From Somniosus microcephalus (Eukaryota): a stretch of DNA of 64,000 bases. This document shows positions 62,795 through 64,000 of the stretch, piece after piece. The DNA lies in contig CM126204.1 in assembly GCA_052327205.1 (NCBI GenBank), positions 161,014,001 through 161,078,000 of the forward strand, given 5' to 3'. The position numbers and the translations under genes are program-made. The notes under the pieces are model-generated. The model did not search any database. It saw only the letters and a program-made list of their open reading frames with translations, and had not been told where the DNA came from. Positions within the stretch are counted from its first letter, which is position 1. Every line of letters starts with the position of its first letter.

Positions 62795-63475
62795 ACAACA
62801 ACTTGCATTTATATAGCGCCTTTAATATGGTAAAACGTCCCAAGGTGCTTCAGAGGAGTATTATCAAACAAAAATTTGATACCGAGTCACCTAAGGAGAT
62901 ATTAGGACAGATGATCAAAAGCTTGGTCAATGGAGTGTCTTAAAGGAGGAGAGAGGTAGAGAGATGGAGAGGTTTAGGGAGGGAATTCCAGAGCTTAGGG
63001 CCGAGGCATCTGAAGGCACGGTCGCCAATGGTGAAATGATAGAAATCGGTGATGCGCAAGAGGCCAGAATTGGAGGAACGCAGAACTCTCAGAGGGTTGT
63101 AGGGCTGGAGGAGATTACAGAGATAAAGAGGGGCCAGGCCATGGAGGGATTTGAATACAAGGATGAGAATTTTAAAATCGAGGCTTTGTCAGATCGGGAG
63201 CCAATATAGGTCAGCAAGCACAGGGGTGATGGGTGAGTGGGACTTAGTGCGAGTTAGGAAACGGGCAGCATAGTTTTGGATTTACAGATGGTGCAAGGTG
63301 GGAGGATGGCCAGGAGTGCATTGGAATAGTCGAGTCTAGAGGTAACAAAAGCATGGATAAGGATTTCAGCAGCAAATGAGCTGAGGTAGGGACGGAGACG
63401 GGCGATGTTACGGAGGTAGAACTAGGTGGTCTTGGTGATGGAGAGGATATGGGTCGGAATCTCAGCTCAGGGTCA
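62795..63475 (-). mobile_element. L2 LINE 3' fragment
   Basis: Homologous to 45148-46155. Confidence 0.85.
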
Positions 63476-63811
63476 GAAACCCACAGACAAGGAGGCTACT
63501 CATAACAGAGAAATGTTAGAGAACAAGTGGGTATGTTCTCCACTCTCAGTGTGGAGCCATGTCCACGGGGAATGCTGGTCAGAAAACCAGAGATGCAGTG
63601 TTGTCGTCCCACCCACTGGGATCACCAAATTTACCCGAGCATCTGCTAGACATTCAAGATGCAAATTTGCAGTAAATGTAATCAGTTCTGATGTGCAGTG
63701 GCCACAGAGGGCCAGGGTGAATTCCTAATTTTGCTGTAATCAGAGGTGGGGAGAGGGAGACTAACTCACGAAGATAAAACGAATGAGGCAGCTTTACCCC
63801 TTAAAGAGCAT

Positions 63812-63920
63812 GGGGGTGAATTTCCCCATTGGTCATCTGGCTTGTTCCTCCCGTAACTTCAGGAGAAGAGTAGAAAAATGGCAAACTGGTGGGAGAAACC
63901 CCTGTGGAAATTCATCCCCC
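63812..63920. mobile_element. Short MITE-like inverted repeat
   Basis: GGGGGTGAATTTCC ... GGAAATTCATCCCCC. Confidence 0.55.
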
Positions 63921-64000
63921 CGCCGCCAACCACCCCGTTAATTTAGCATGGTGCGTTTATATCCTTATTGTTATTGTGCAAACCAGTCTTGGTTATGTTG

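Overview
Eukaryotic genomic DNA. The repeat content (HE1/V-SINE, Deu-domain SINEs, CR1, L2, Penelope) suggests a shark or other elasmobranch; this is an inference. The whole window lies inside one + strand gene, SYNE1 (nesprin-1). Fifteen internal exons with canonical AG/GT borders join in phase into 2733 nt (911 codons) of spectrin-repeat rod. The introns hold four large tandem arrays (20, 36, 28 and 35 bp units), a Gypsy LTR element nested in an oppositely oriented Gypsy element, a solo LTR, a Penelope element with derived fold-back copies carrying minimal hammerhead motifs, Harbinger-like MITEs, a probable non-autonomous Helitron, and many SINE/LINE fragments. Most notable: (1) a 36-bp repeat copies an exon end plus its splice donor 7 times in frame; (2) the outer Gypsy element has a YLDN RT motif and a 13-nt self-complementary sequence where a tRNA PBS would be; (3) a ~10-kb satellite has one canonical G-quadruplex motif per monomer; (4) a Helitron-like insert carries promoter and first-exon features just upstream of a SYNE1 exon. 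Family assignments are from recognition only; no searches were run, and most repeat boundaries are approximate.
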